This document shows positions 1 to 11,100 of a stretch of 64,000 nucleotides of DNA, one piece after another. Origin of the DNA: Oikopleura dioica (taxonomy: Eukaryota > Animalia > Chordata). The position numbers and the translations under genes are program-made. Positions within the stretch are counted from its first letter, which is position 1; each line of letters starts with the position of its first letter. The stretch covers positions 12,276,001-12,340,000 of the forward strand of contig OU015569.1 of NCBI GenBank assembly GCA_907165135.1, read 5' to 3'. Below the pieces are notes generated by a model that saw only the letters and a program-made list of their open reading frames with translations, was not told the DNA's origin and did no database searches.

Positions 1-449
1 CGGTCTGAAGGGTTGACAGCGACCATGCTCCCACGGTCGAAAATTAATGCAAACTTTTCACCCTCCGGGAACTCGAAGAAATCGCCCTGTTTCAATCCAA
101 TATCGAGGCTTTTCGAAGTTGACTGGCGGAAGCCGTTTTCTTCCTTGTTTTCAATGCTGTTTTCTTCGAAAAATTGGTCGATCGCGAGCTGCGAAAATTC
201 AGCCCCGCGGACTTTGCATCCTTTTTCAGCTACCCTAGAAAAAAATTTCTTTTTTCATCCTTTTCGCTGTTTTAAGTCTTACCAAATCATGTCCAAAGTC
301 TTTCCACAAAGCGGGAAGAAAGTGTCGGGCTTTGCATCAGTTGGAAAATACTTCTCCAGTGTTGGATTAACTTCGCTTTTATGCCAACCGGTTCGCTTGT
401 CGACCCATCGTTGATTCCAGTCGTCTAGTTTCATGTCCACGCCCGACAT
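1..449 (-). CDS. TPMT: Thiopurine S-methyltransferase-like, 3' end beyond window (exons 449-283 and 234-<1)
   Basis: Spliced translation MSGVDMKLDDWNQRWVDKRTGWHKSEVNPTLEKY...FFPLCGKTLDMIW|VAEKGCKVRGAEFSQLAIDQFF...GDFFEF...FALIFDRGSMVAVNP shows the typical TPMT motifs; GT-AG intron 282-235. Confidence 0.9.
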
Positions 450-548
450 TTCTCTTTAGTTTTTGACCAGTCTAAGAGTTTTGGCTTCATTACAGTAATG
501 TCGTCTTTTAGTAATTTAAAATTCTAGCAATTTTAATATTAATATTTT

Positions 549-2342
549 TCAACTAAGATTATTCGAGGAATTTCGTATCATTTCCACAGCAATTTTCGAC
601 TGTTGCGCAGAATATTCATTTCTTTTCCAATGCGTCGGATTCCAAGTAATCAGGAATCGTTCGAAATCAGCGACGATAAATGGCCAGAGCCAGCGCCACT
701 CTCGCTCGATCTCGTCCACTTCTGGCTTTCCTTCCATCGCTTTTCGGAAGAATTTGAAGTACTCGTCCACTATTTCGTCGTAGCGCGAAAATTCTTCGTA
801 ACAGGACGTCAGTAAGTAGTACAAATCAGTTGTTCCGACGCCTTTTTCAAAAGAGTGAAAACAAGGAGGATCATTGAAAGACTCCTTATTCTAACTTGGG
901 CTCGGCAACCTGAGTAGAAAATCTGAGTCAGGCTCTGGAAGAGCCAAAATGGAAAGCCGCGTAGCGGCTTTTTTAAAAGGGAAGCCGCAAAGCGTGTTCG
1001 CCAGGAGCTTATAGAAAATTTATATGGTTTATTTGCGAAGCCGCTTTGCGGCTTTGCTTTTAAAAAAGCCGCTACGCGGCTTTTCATTTTAGCTCTTCCA
1101 GGGCCTGACTCAGGTTTTCTACTCAGGTTGCTGAGCCCAGATTCTAACTTTACAAAGCAAAGTTCTAACAGACCTAGTCTAGTTCTTTCAAGTTCTGATA
1201 GTCTCCTTTTCAACCCTTTCCCATGCCACTCCACTGAAAATCAATGCCAGCAACATCCATTCCATCTTCAGAAAAGCAGAAATTCTCCACTTTCCCGTCC
1301 CCATGGATCAGAGTTTTGTGCTTCGCCTCGTGAATGATCCGATCAATTTTTTCTCCCAACTTGATCAGATCCAATTCCTTCTCCTTGCATCGTTCAAACT
1401 CGTCTCTTCGCTTTTCAATGTTCCAATAGGTTGCTTCTTTCCACATTAATTTTTCTGCTTTTTCGCAGCGCCAGAAATCAGCGTGAAAATTCGCCAGCCA
1501 TTTTACCATCGGAATAACTCGCTCAAACGAAAGATTGCAGCGATTTTTGAACCTTGCTGGAAATCCGATCGGATCCAAATCTTCCATCGCCATCACTTTT
1601 CCGCTCTTGATATCTTTGCTGGCGATGTACCGCGGCACTTTGGCAGATAGGGACAAGTTGGCCAGTTCTTCGTAAAAACTTATTTCACGCTTGAATGACA
1701 AGAAACGCGTCTCGTTCGGCATTGGATCATCTTCGGGCTCAGTTTCGTGCGCGAAATTGAAATGCTTCAAAATCACTGTGCTGCCATCTTCTTTTTGGAC
1801 CCGGTAGATTGCGCCGAATCCTGATCTTGGTTGCTCGAGAAATTCATTAATTGGATGGCGGTTTTGATCGGGATAACTGCGGAAACCCTTCTAAAATCTC
1901 TCTGTTTGCAAGAGGTTTCAATGGGTTTTCCGCGGTTATTCATTTAAACCACGCAATGCTATCAAAAACCATCGTAAACCCATCGAAACCCCACATAAAC
2001 CAATCGAAAACCAATGTTTATTGATTTTCGATGTGACCTTTTGATTGGTTTATGGGGGTTTTAATGGGTTTACGGAGATTCGCGCGTCTTTTTGATGGTT
2101 TTTTTTGTAAAAAAAACCCTATAAAACCACATAAAAATCACTTATACTAAAATTCATTCAAAAATAAAGAATAAGAACTTCTCTCTTTGATTAATTTCTA
2201 ATTAATAATTTTAATTTCTATTCAATAAATTCAGTTTCGAGCAATTTCCTTTCCAAAGAAGCTGAATAATCTCCGCGCTCTTGAACTTGCCAATGAGCGC
2301 CTCGATCGCCGCTCGCTCTTCTTCCACCACGCTGCTCTTCAT
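549..2342 (-). CDS. Ecdysteroid-kinase-like (EcKL / choline kinase-APH fold) phosphotransferase, 3 exons (2342-2249, 1820-1215, 841-549)
   Basis: MKSSVVEEE...IIQLLWKG|FGAIYRV, FKREISFY, AMEDL, LANFHA, TLIHGDGKVENFCF, IDFQWSGMGKG|VGTTDLYYLL. Joins are in frame with one GA-AG and one GT-AG intron. Confidence 0.85.
896..1140. mobile_element. Palindromic MITE (CTGGGCTCGG family) inside an intron, 8-bp TSD
   Basis: Near-complete inverted symmetry; ATTCTAAC at 888-895 and 1141-1148. Confidence 0.9.
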
Positions 2343-2638
2343 TCTTCCTGCCGTCTCTAGAAGCGAGGAACGAAAGAGGATAATCTGGAGAACGCTTCGT
2401 CTGGCTGTGGCGCGCTCTTTGATTGGCGCGGAGAAGCTGACCGAGAGAAATGGTGGCCTTAAATTCTCATGGAGAGCAGCTACTCGGCTCAGCTCTCAAG
2501 AAATATCCGTGCTTATGTTACCCAAGGAACGGCCCTAAATTCAAGAGAAAAAAAGAATCGTCGATGACAATTGTGGAAAAATTAAAATTTTGATATTTTT
2601 TTTCTGATTTTTTTTGTGAAGGCCTTTTGGAAGGTTTA

Positions 2639-5305
2639 ATGCTTTTATTTTTCCTCTTCCATGGGGTGCTGGTGGATTTTGCATATTCCAAGATTTCCCA
2701 GCTTTCCCGGTTTGACTCGTTATCCGCCAAGTCCAAGGTGAACAACTGTTTCTCAGCCTAACTGTAATTTGTTCCAGCTAGCGCCGTTCTGGGAAACTTT
2801 CCAAGACGATGGCGAGTTCGACAAATGGATTTCCTTTTCTTCAGAAGAACTTTCTCTCTACAAAGAAAAGGCGCGGGCGATGTTCTACCACGGCTACGAA
2901 AACTACATGTCCCACGCCTTCCCACTCGACGAACTGGACCCGATCGGCTGCGCGGGCCGCGGCCCGGACCTCCAAAAGCCCGAAAACATCAACATCAACG
3001 ACGTGCTCGGCAACTACTCGTTGACGCTGATCGATTCGATGGACACGCTCGCGCTGCTGGGCGACAAAGAGTCTTTCCGAAGCGCGGTCGATTTCGTCGT
3101 CGAGTCCGTCGATTTCAACCAGCCCTACTCGGTGAACGTCTTTGAAGTGACAATTCGCGTGTTGGGCGCCTTGTTGTCCAGCCACTCGTTGATCGTCGAC
3201 CCGGAGCAAATGATTCCAGACCTGCATCCGGAATACAACGGCGGTCTCCTCGGCAAAGCAGTCGACCTGGCCGACCGGATCATTCCTTCTTTCGAAACGA
3301 GCAGCGGCGTCCCCTTGCCGAGGATTAAACTCAACGGCGGACCTGCCCACACTTCCAACAGAACTGATACCACCATCGCTTCAGCGACTAGTCTTATTCT
3401 CGAATTTGGACTGCTCAGGTACTGTTTTATGTGAAAATCAACAGATGTCTCTGAATATCTGAAGATTTATCCAGACGTCTGGAGATATCTAAAGGTGTTT
3501 GGGTGGCTGTTGATGTTAGAAGCCTAAGAATGTCTACAGATGTCTATTGATGTCTATATATGGCTGTACGGAATATTTATGTGGATGTCTTAGAATGTCT
3601 GCTGATGTCTTTAGATGTCTATTGATACTCTTAAGTGTTGTCAGATGTTAATCGAAGTCTCATGATACTAGAGTCATCCCCAGATATTTACAGCCATCTG
3701 TAGACATCTGCGGACATTATTATACATCCATTCCCATCTAAAGACATCTAGAGACATTCTATCTAGTCAAGATGTCTCTAAATTTTTCAAGAAATAAGTA
3801 TTGTTCATTTCAGCAAACTAACTGGCAACGACACTTACCTATCCTTGGCCCGCAACGCTGTCGATGTCATTTGGGGAGTCCGAAACGAAACAACAGGACT
3901 GTGGCCGTCTGGAATTGACTCCCGAACTCTGCTGCCGACGAATAATTTCTCCGGCTTCGGCGCTGGTTTCGATTCTTTTCCCGAATATCTGCTCAAGAGC
4001 TACATTATGTTCGGCTACGAAGTCGAGTTCTCACGCTTCACTGAGCTCATCAGGTAACTTTTTAAGGAAAAGTCGATTTAACGCGTCAAAATTTAGATCC
4101 TATCGAAAGTACGCGCGCCAAGGTCGCCCAAAATGCTTCTCCGGCGACGGGACTGTTCCGTTTTTCACGAACGTGAATTACTCCACCGGCGAAATCGCCA
4201 ACACCTGGCTCGACTCGCTTTCCGCATTCCTTCCCGGACTTCTGACGCTTTCTGGCGATGTCGAGGAAGCCGTCTGCCTTCATTTTCTGTACTTTACGAT
4301 TTGGAGAATGTTCGACGCTTTTCCAGAACGATTTGATTGGAATAAACTTTCGTCGATTGTCCATTTCTATCCGCTGCGGCCTGAGCTTATTGAAAGGTAA
4401 CACATGAAAATTGGATTTATGAATATGGATTGAATGAACAGGGGTTTGAAAAGAACATCGAACATGTAAGTTTTTTTAGTGCTTCTAGATTCTAGAGGTG
4501 AGTTTATGTGGGTTTTCTGTGTTTAGTCGATGTTTAAGACCGTTTTCGATAAGAAAAGATTGATTTTAGATAGTGTTTTAGACGATATTAGCTGGTTTTC
4601 AATAGTTTTAGATGGTTTTAGTTGGTTTTACCTTGGTTTTTTCCTAATCAGGAAGAGTTTTTGAACAACCCATGATTCGATAAACTCGAAAAAGGACCAT
4701 TTTAGCAGCTGATTTCACCTTACCCATTTTCAGCACATATCACCTCTACCGAGTGACAAAGAGCCCGTTTTACCTCCACGTGGGAAAAGAGCTGCTCAAT
4801 TCGATCGAGAGAAACATGAAGACTGAATGCGGCTTCGCGACGCTGCATTCTGTGCTGGACAGAACTCTGGAAGACAGAATGGAATCCTTCTTTCTCGCAG
4901 AAACCGTCAAATATTTATACGTAAGTTCACTTTGATAGTTCGAATGGATGCGAAACCCATAAACCCACATGTGCCATTTCCACATCTCTAGAATCCTTTT
5001 AGCTCCTGTTTGACGCTGAAAATCCGCTCCACAAATCCGAAAAGTGGATTTTCTCGACAGAAGGCCACGTCCTCCCCGTTTTAAAATCGGAAGAAAAAGT
5101 CGGTTCAAAGTGCACTTCTCCCGGCTTGAATCTAACTCGGACTCCAGAAAACACGATTTGCCCAGGCGTTTGCCACCAGTTCACCAGGCAACAAAACCTT
5201 CTACCTCTTCAGCCAAAGGTACAAAATTTACCAAAGCCAGCAAATTACTGTCAATTTAAGTACATCCGTCAAATCGAAGCGGCAATTGGTCTACGGCACC
5301 TTTGA
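2639..5305 (+). CDS. EDEM1: ER degradation-enhancing alpha-mannosidase-like 1 (GH47), 7 exons
   Basis: Signal-like MLLFFLFHG; [64 protein letters not shown]|[35 protein letters not shown]|LLFD, C-terminal [11 protein letters not shown] as in EDEM1; GT-AG introns of 40-395 nt. Confidence 0.93.
3443..3780. repeat. Degenerate AGATGTCT/AGACATCT modular repeat in an EDEM1 intron
   Basis: Many gatgtct units, with agacatc units appearing in the distal half. Confidence 0.75.
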
Positions 5306-5613
5306 ATCAGGGGTGCTCTCTTTCCATGTTTCAATCATTGGCACTGCCTGTATGTGTAAATTACTGTACAGTCTACTCAACAGTCTCAAAGTACGCCAAT
5401 CTACAGTTTAATTATCGACACTGTATATCACCTTTTTCAGCCAATCGGCAATTATGTTCTTGAAATTCAGTTCTGCAATTCTGCTATTTTAATTATTCAA
5501 AATCACAACTAGAATATATCAATTTCGATACAAATTTCAACCTGTCAGTGAGTTCGCTTACCTTTCCTGTGTTGAGACCTGAGTCAGGGTCCTGATTCCT
5601 GTTTTCAGGGTAG

Positions 5614-7446
5614 ATGGACGTAGTTAGCAGACTTGCTGTTGAAACGCCGCATATTCTGGAGAAGATCCTCAATTTCCTCGATGACAAAACGATTGAATCA
5701 ATGTCGGAGATACACGAATGGGACTTCATCGACTACCCCTGGCCATCCCTTTGGCAGAAACGACTGCTGAAGAAAGAAGAGCTGCCTTTGATTATGAAGG
5801 ACGAGTTCGAACGAATCGCTCACAAGCAGATGTGTCTCTCGGACTACGTCGTCGCCAAGAGTATTTGCTCTTATATCAAATTGAAGAAGCCCAAAGGAAG
5901 CGGTTTTTTCATCTTTCTTTTTCTTGCAGTATTCTTTGAAAAATCTGCTAGTAAGACATTTCTACCGAAACGAACTTCCGAAGCTAGTTTACCAAAGTCC
6001 CGACTATCCCGAGCTCGTAGCAGTCAGCGACGATTTTAAACTGTGTCTTTTGGACAGAAGAACGCTAGAAAAGGTCCATCAATGCGAGGAGGCTGAATTC
6101 GTGGATATCGACTTTACGATGAGGATTTTCGAATTTATTATCTCGGCGAAACTTATCGACGAATCTAGGCTAGGTTGTTTCAAACAACAGATGCTTGTTG
6201 ATGTCTTCAGATGTCTAAGAATAGCTCCAATGTCCAAATGTCTACAAATTTCTACTCTGTAGACTACCGCTGTCTAAAAACAACCTTCGAAAAGACGGAT
6301 TCACTTTAAAATCTTCACAATTGAGAATCGCGAAATCAAGAAAATTCCAGATTGCGATTTCTTCCTGCGAAACCATTTTGGCAAGCGGCTGATTATCGAT
6401 GATAGTACAGTAGCGAGCTACAACGGAAACCTCATCTACCTCTTTCCCAACCACTCGATGATCGAGTCGGTCGTCGAACGCGAATCCACAGAACTCAACG
6501 ATCTCTACCAAACGTTCGTTTTCAGCAAAAATGGCGGCGGCCGAGTTTTCTTCGACGAGAAAGTCCGCGTCGATACTGTCCCCTTCTCCTACTGTGTCTT
6601 TGGAAAGTACTGCTTTCTGGAGCACACGAGTCACATGAACCACAATCTCCGAGTTAAAACATCTGCTTTTGAGCTTTCCGACGATGGAAGCGAATGGAAA
6701 CAGCTGGATCTATCCTGTGAGTATTTTTTAAATGTCTGTTGATCAAAGTTGCCAGAAGATGTCTCTCAGATAGTTCTAGATGTCTTAGAATGTTTGTAAA
6801 TGTCTTCAGCTATCTGTTGATATCTAGAAATGTCTGTGGACACTATGAGATCTCGGTAGATGTCAGCGCATGTATCATATTTTCTCTAGACATGCTTTAA
6901 TGTCTTAAGATTTCTTTTACCTTAGAAATGTCGTTTCATGTCCCAAAATGTCTTACCCTTCTTTCAGCTTTCGATGACTACTTCCGCGTGAGTCCAATTT
7001 CGATCGCTCCGCAAATGTACGAAGACGAAAGCGTTCTCTTCCACAGAACCGAGAAGGGAGTAGTCAGCATCGATCTCTTCGATTTCCAGAAGAAGACGAA
7101 AACGACGCTTTTGAAATACAAAGCCGAGGAAGACTTCCGCGTGGCCTACTTGAGCGGGAGATACTTGGTCGCTCACGTCGCCAACTGGTTCTACGTCCCG
7201 CAGAGCAAGCTCAAAATCTGGAGCGTCGACGAGCTCCTCGAGAAAAAACAAAGCCCGAACCACTACAGCCCGCACTACGAAGCACACGTCGCGCACAGCA
7301 TCTTTTCCGAGTGCAGCGTCATCGCCGGCGACACCGGTTTTTTGGTTAGAAATACGGCGCCAATAGATTTGTCTTTCGTCGAGTTCTACGATTTTGTCGG
7401 CCCTGCCCTAGATGTTTCAGCGCTTATCGGAGAAGCTGCTTCATGA
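5614..7446 (+). CDS. F-box-like protein with a divergent C-terminal region (multi-exon; some junctions uncertain)
   Basis: N-terminal PHILEKILNFLDDKTI...W..LWQK is F-box-like; coding-like exons near 5930-6123, 6263-6718 and 6965-7446 separated by repeat-filled introns. Confidence 0.6.
6735..6910. repeat. AGATGTCT modular repeat (intronic)
   Basis: Same motif as 3443-3780. Confidence 0.65.
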
Positions 7447-7609
7447 ATTCAAAAAGAAACCTGTGTTTTATACTATAATGATAATTTAAATGCACCTGTA
7501 ATAGTTCTGTATGTTTTATGTATTGATAATAAATTATTTTACCTAAAAAATTAACTAATACTCGATGATACTGATAGAATAGCTCAAAAGCCATCTTCCT
7601 TCTTCTTCA

Positions 7610-7950
7610 AATGTCTGTGGATGTCTGTTGATGTCTGAAGATGTCTGAAGATGTCTACAGAAAAAGTAGATATCTTCAGATGTCTAAAGAGTTCTGCTGA
7701 CAACTGAAGATGTCTATCCATGTCTATTCAAACCTATAGATGTCTACAGATATTTATAGATGTCGTTAAATGTATATAGATGTTTATAGAAGTCTTAGGA
7801 GGTTTTTAAAATTTTTAGGTACCTATAGGCATCGACAGATGTCTCTTAATCTCATCATATATCTAGTGAAGATGATAGATGTGAAAATATCAGTAAAAAC
7901 ATCTGTAAATATCTCAAAGTGTCAGAAGACGCCAAAAGATCGCCTCAGAT
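7610..7950. repeat. AGATGTCT modular repeat between convergent genes
   Basis: Dense gatgtct units. Confidence 0.7.
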
Positions 7951-8170
7951 GTCTCTATCAGTATCATTTTTGTTTTTCCTTTGGAAGTCAGGAGATGTGT
8001 AATGTATTAACTTGCGTTTATACAGTCGGAATAAATTAGCAATCGTAGCGTGAGACTCGTTACAGGGCCGTGAGTTGGAATATTAATATTATTTGTGAAT
8101 AAAGAAGAGTGCAAAGAGTTGCGAACAGAATTCAGATCCAAACTTTTAGAATCAGCGAAATGCATTTTTA

Positions 8171-11100
8171 TCATCTTTTCGCTCTTCTCAGAGACTGGCT
8201 GATCATCTGGTCGACGTGGAGGCGCGCTGCCGTGCGTTTGTCGCATTCGAATTCCATCGTTTCTTGAGCTTCGTTCCCGCTTGGGATCATGTAAGCCGGT
8301 AGCTTCTCTGTGATCGGTGTCTGGGAAGAATACAGTTAGATATAGCCTTGAATGTCTACAGTTGATATTTCGCGTTATTTAAAGACGTCTGTTGCTGAAA
8401 CTGTGTACTAATGTCGCTTCTTGTCTACAGATGTCCCTGAAATGTATTGAAATGTCTATTCATGTCATGATGGTAAATGTCGTCTGCCGTTATCCAGGAA
8501 CATTTGTGGACATTGAAGAAATTAATCGACATCTTTACTGACAAATAGACATTTCTCTGCATCCTAGGGACATCTGTAGACAATACCGGACATTTCTAGC
8601 AGCAAGAGACATTGAAGTTTACTCTAAACTGTGTTTTACTGTGATTCTTACCTTGTTTGTCGAGAGCTGATGCGGATTGACTGCCGGAGCAAGGTTAATC
8701 CGCGCCTTGTCAGTACACCGCTTGAAACTAAGCACATCTTCGCTCAAATCGTCCGAATTCGTCGACTTGTCCGCTTTGAAGTTTAAACTATCGCAACTTT
8801 TAGCACCAATTTCAGAAACGCGTCTTTACCTGATTTTCGAAACTCTTTTCGAAAGTTGCGAAATGCGCCCTTTCATCGAATTCGATCGCCTCATCTTCGC
8901 CCCGCTTTCGGAGCTTTTCGCCGGAGTCGTGCAATTCGACGACGTTATTGAATTTGCGCTTTGATTGATACTGCCGTTTTGGAAAGAGCTGCTCAGATTT
9001 GAATTCGAAACTGAAAAAGCAAGGTAAAAGTGTGGAACTCGTGGAGAATGGAAACCTTTAGATGCGTGACTGGAATTGAGTGAAATTGAACTTTTCTCGG
9101 AATTTTTGCTATTATCTTCTGTGATGACTTTTATCAAGTTATTCTTCGTTTTCGTCGGCTTTCTCGTACTTTCGCCAGTGTCTAGCTCGTTTAATTTCAT
9201 TGTCGATCTGAAAAGAATTAAAAAAAGATCCACAGATGTCTCCAAATGTCTGTTGACTTTTTCAAATGTCTTTATTGATCTCTTAATGTTTGAAGTAGTC
9301 TTTAGTTCCCTCTAGATGTAAACTGATGTCCAAAGATATTAACAGAAATCTGTAGATGTCTACAAATGTCTACGGATGTGCACAGTTATTTCTAGATGTC
9401 TACAGATGTCTGTAGGCATTTGAAGATGTCCCTAGACATTTGTAGATGTCCCTAGATGACTACTATACTGGTATTACTGTAGATTATCACCTTCTGAATG
9501 ATTTTGGAAGTGTAAGTGATTTGATCTCGTCGGCGAAGTTGTATTCGCATTCGGACTCCGTTCTGTTCGTCATATCGTATTGAGCCGCGTTCAGCTTCTT
9601 CTGCAGCACGGATTGTTTCTTTTTGTTTCTCGGCGAATTGATGATTTCTTGGTTTTGATCGGAAACGAAGCCGGACGACTCCGCCTGCGAGATCTTTCCC
9701 GAGTTGATCGACGAGCCAGCCTGATTCGATTTGCTGAAGGCCGAATGCTCGACTGGTTTGATCGGAACAATCGGCGAAAATTGCGACTGAACGGATTTGA
9801 GAATTTTCAGCAGGGCCGTGTGACCAGCTTTTTCCGCGACGCGCAGTGGCGTTCGTCCGCAATTGTCCGGCTGGTGCGGATCCGCGCCAAGACGGATCAA
9901 CGCCTCGCAAGTCTCGATGTGTCCTTCTTGGGCGGCGACGCAGAGCGGAGTTGCCCCTTGGTGACAGAATTGATCGATCGCGGCTCCTTTGGCGACGAGT
10001 AGCTCGACAACGCTCACGTGATTTTGCCAAGAAGCGTTTTGCATCGCTGTCCTTCCTTCCGCGTCGATCGAGTTCGGATCCGCACCGTGTTCGATCAGCA
10101 TTTTCACGATCGAAGTCATCCCTTGCCAGGCGGCCACGTGGATCGGCCGTCGTCCCTGAAAATTCATTAAGATCTTTAGAAAGAAAAAAACCCTCAATTT
10201 TCTCCATAAAAAACCTGGTGAGCGCATTAGAACGAACTTACCTCCATATCCTGCGATTCAGGATCCGCTCCCTGCCGCAAAATCTCTTTGGCCATTTTTT
10301 CGTTTTGATCCAAGACGCACGAGTACAAAATCGACCTTCCATCTGGATCGATGCTGTCCACGTCCGCCATTGCGTCGACGAGGATGTTGAGTGATTCGAG
10401 TTGATTGTCCAGCGTCGCGAAGCGCAGCGCGCTGAAACCTTCGTAGCTTTGGATGTCTGGGTCTGCTCCCGCGTCGAGCAGCGATTTCATGATTTCCGTG
10501 TGGCCTTCCATCGCCGCGACGATCAGCGGCGTTCGTCCGTCGTTGTCTCGCTGGTCCGGATTCGTTCGGAATTCTAGCAGAGCTTCGCAGCACTTGACGT
10601 GGTTCTCCGCCGCGACCAAGTGCAGCGGCGTCCAGCCGATGTTGTCCGAGTGCGACTCGTCCAGTCCCTTTTCCAAAAACATTTTGACCAAGTTGACGTG
10701 CCCCTGCTGCGCGGCCAGACTGAGAACGGTTCTGCAGTCGCCGTCGAGGAGGCTTAAACTCGCGCCCGCTGCCAACACTCGCTTGACAATACTTTCGTTT
10801 CCAGTAATTACTGCGGACATGAGAACCGAGAGTCCCGAGTTGTCTTGTTTGTCGACGCTGGCTTTTGCGTCGAGCAGGATTTCGACGATGTTTTCGTGAC
10901 ATTCGTAGCAAGCGACGTGGAGCGCGGTTAATCCATCCATGTCGGGTAAATTGACGTCTGCCCCGGCCGCCAGGAGCATTTTGCAGAGCTCTGGCTGGTT
11001 CTGAAGCGCTGCGATCGACAGCGGCGTTCTCGACTCCCGATCGGCCAGGTTCGGATCGCACTTGTTTTCCAAAAGGCAGTTGACGACGTCGACGGTCTGA

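Noticed and set aside
809-1234. ORFs such as 809-1234, 38608-39018, 39298-39696, 54373-54714 as proteins
   Set aside because: They are read-throughs of the palindromic MITE (recurrent KPESG/KSRVAAF/LTQVFYTGCRAQ strings), not genes.
6124-6295. A GA-AG intron and a homopolymer frameshift in the F-box gene
   Set aside because: Several donor/acceptor combinations fit, one of them without any frameshift; cannot be resolved from sequence alone.
9452-11061. Long overlapping or antisense ORFs over the ankyrin, EDEM1 and p62 exons
   Set aside because: Shadow ORFs expected from GC3-rich codon usage; no domain signal.
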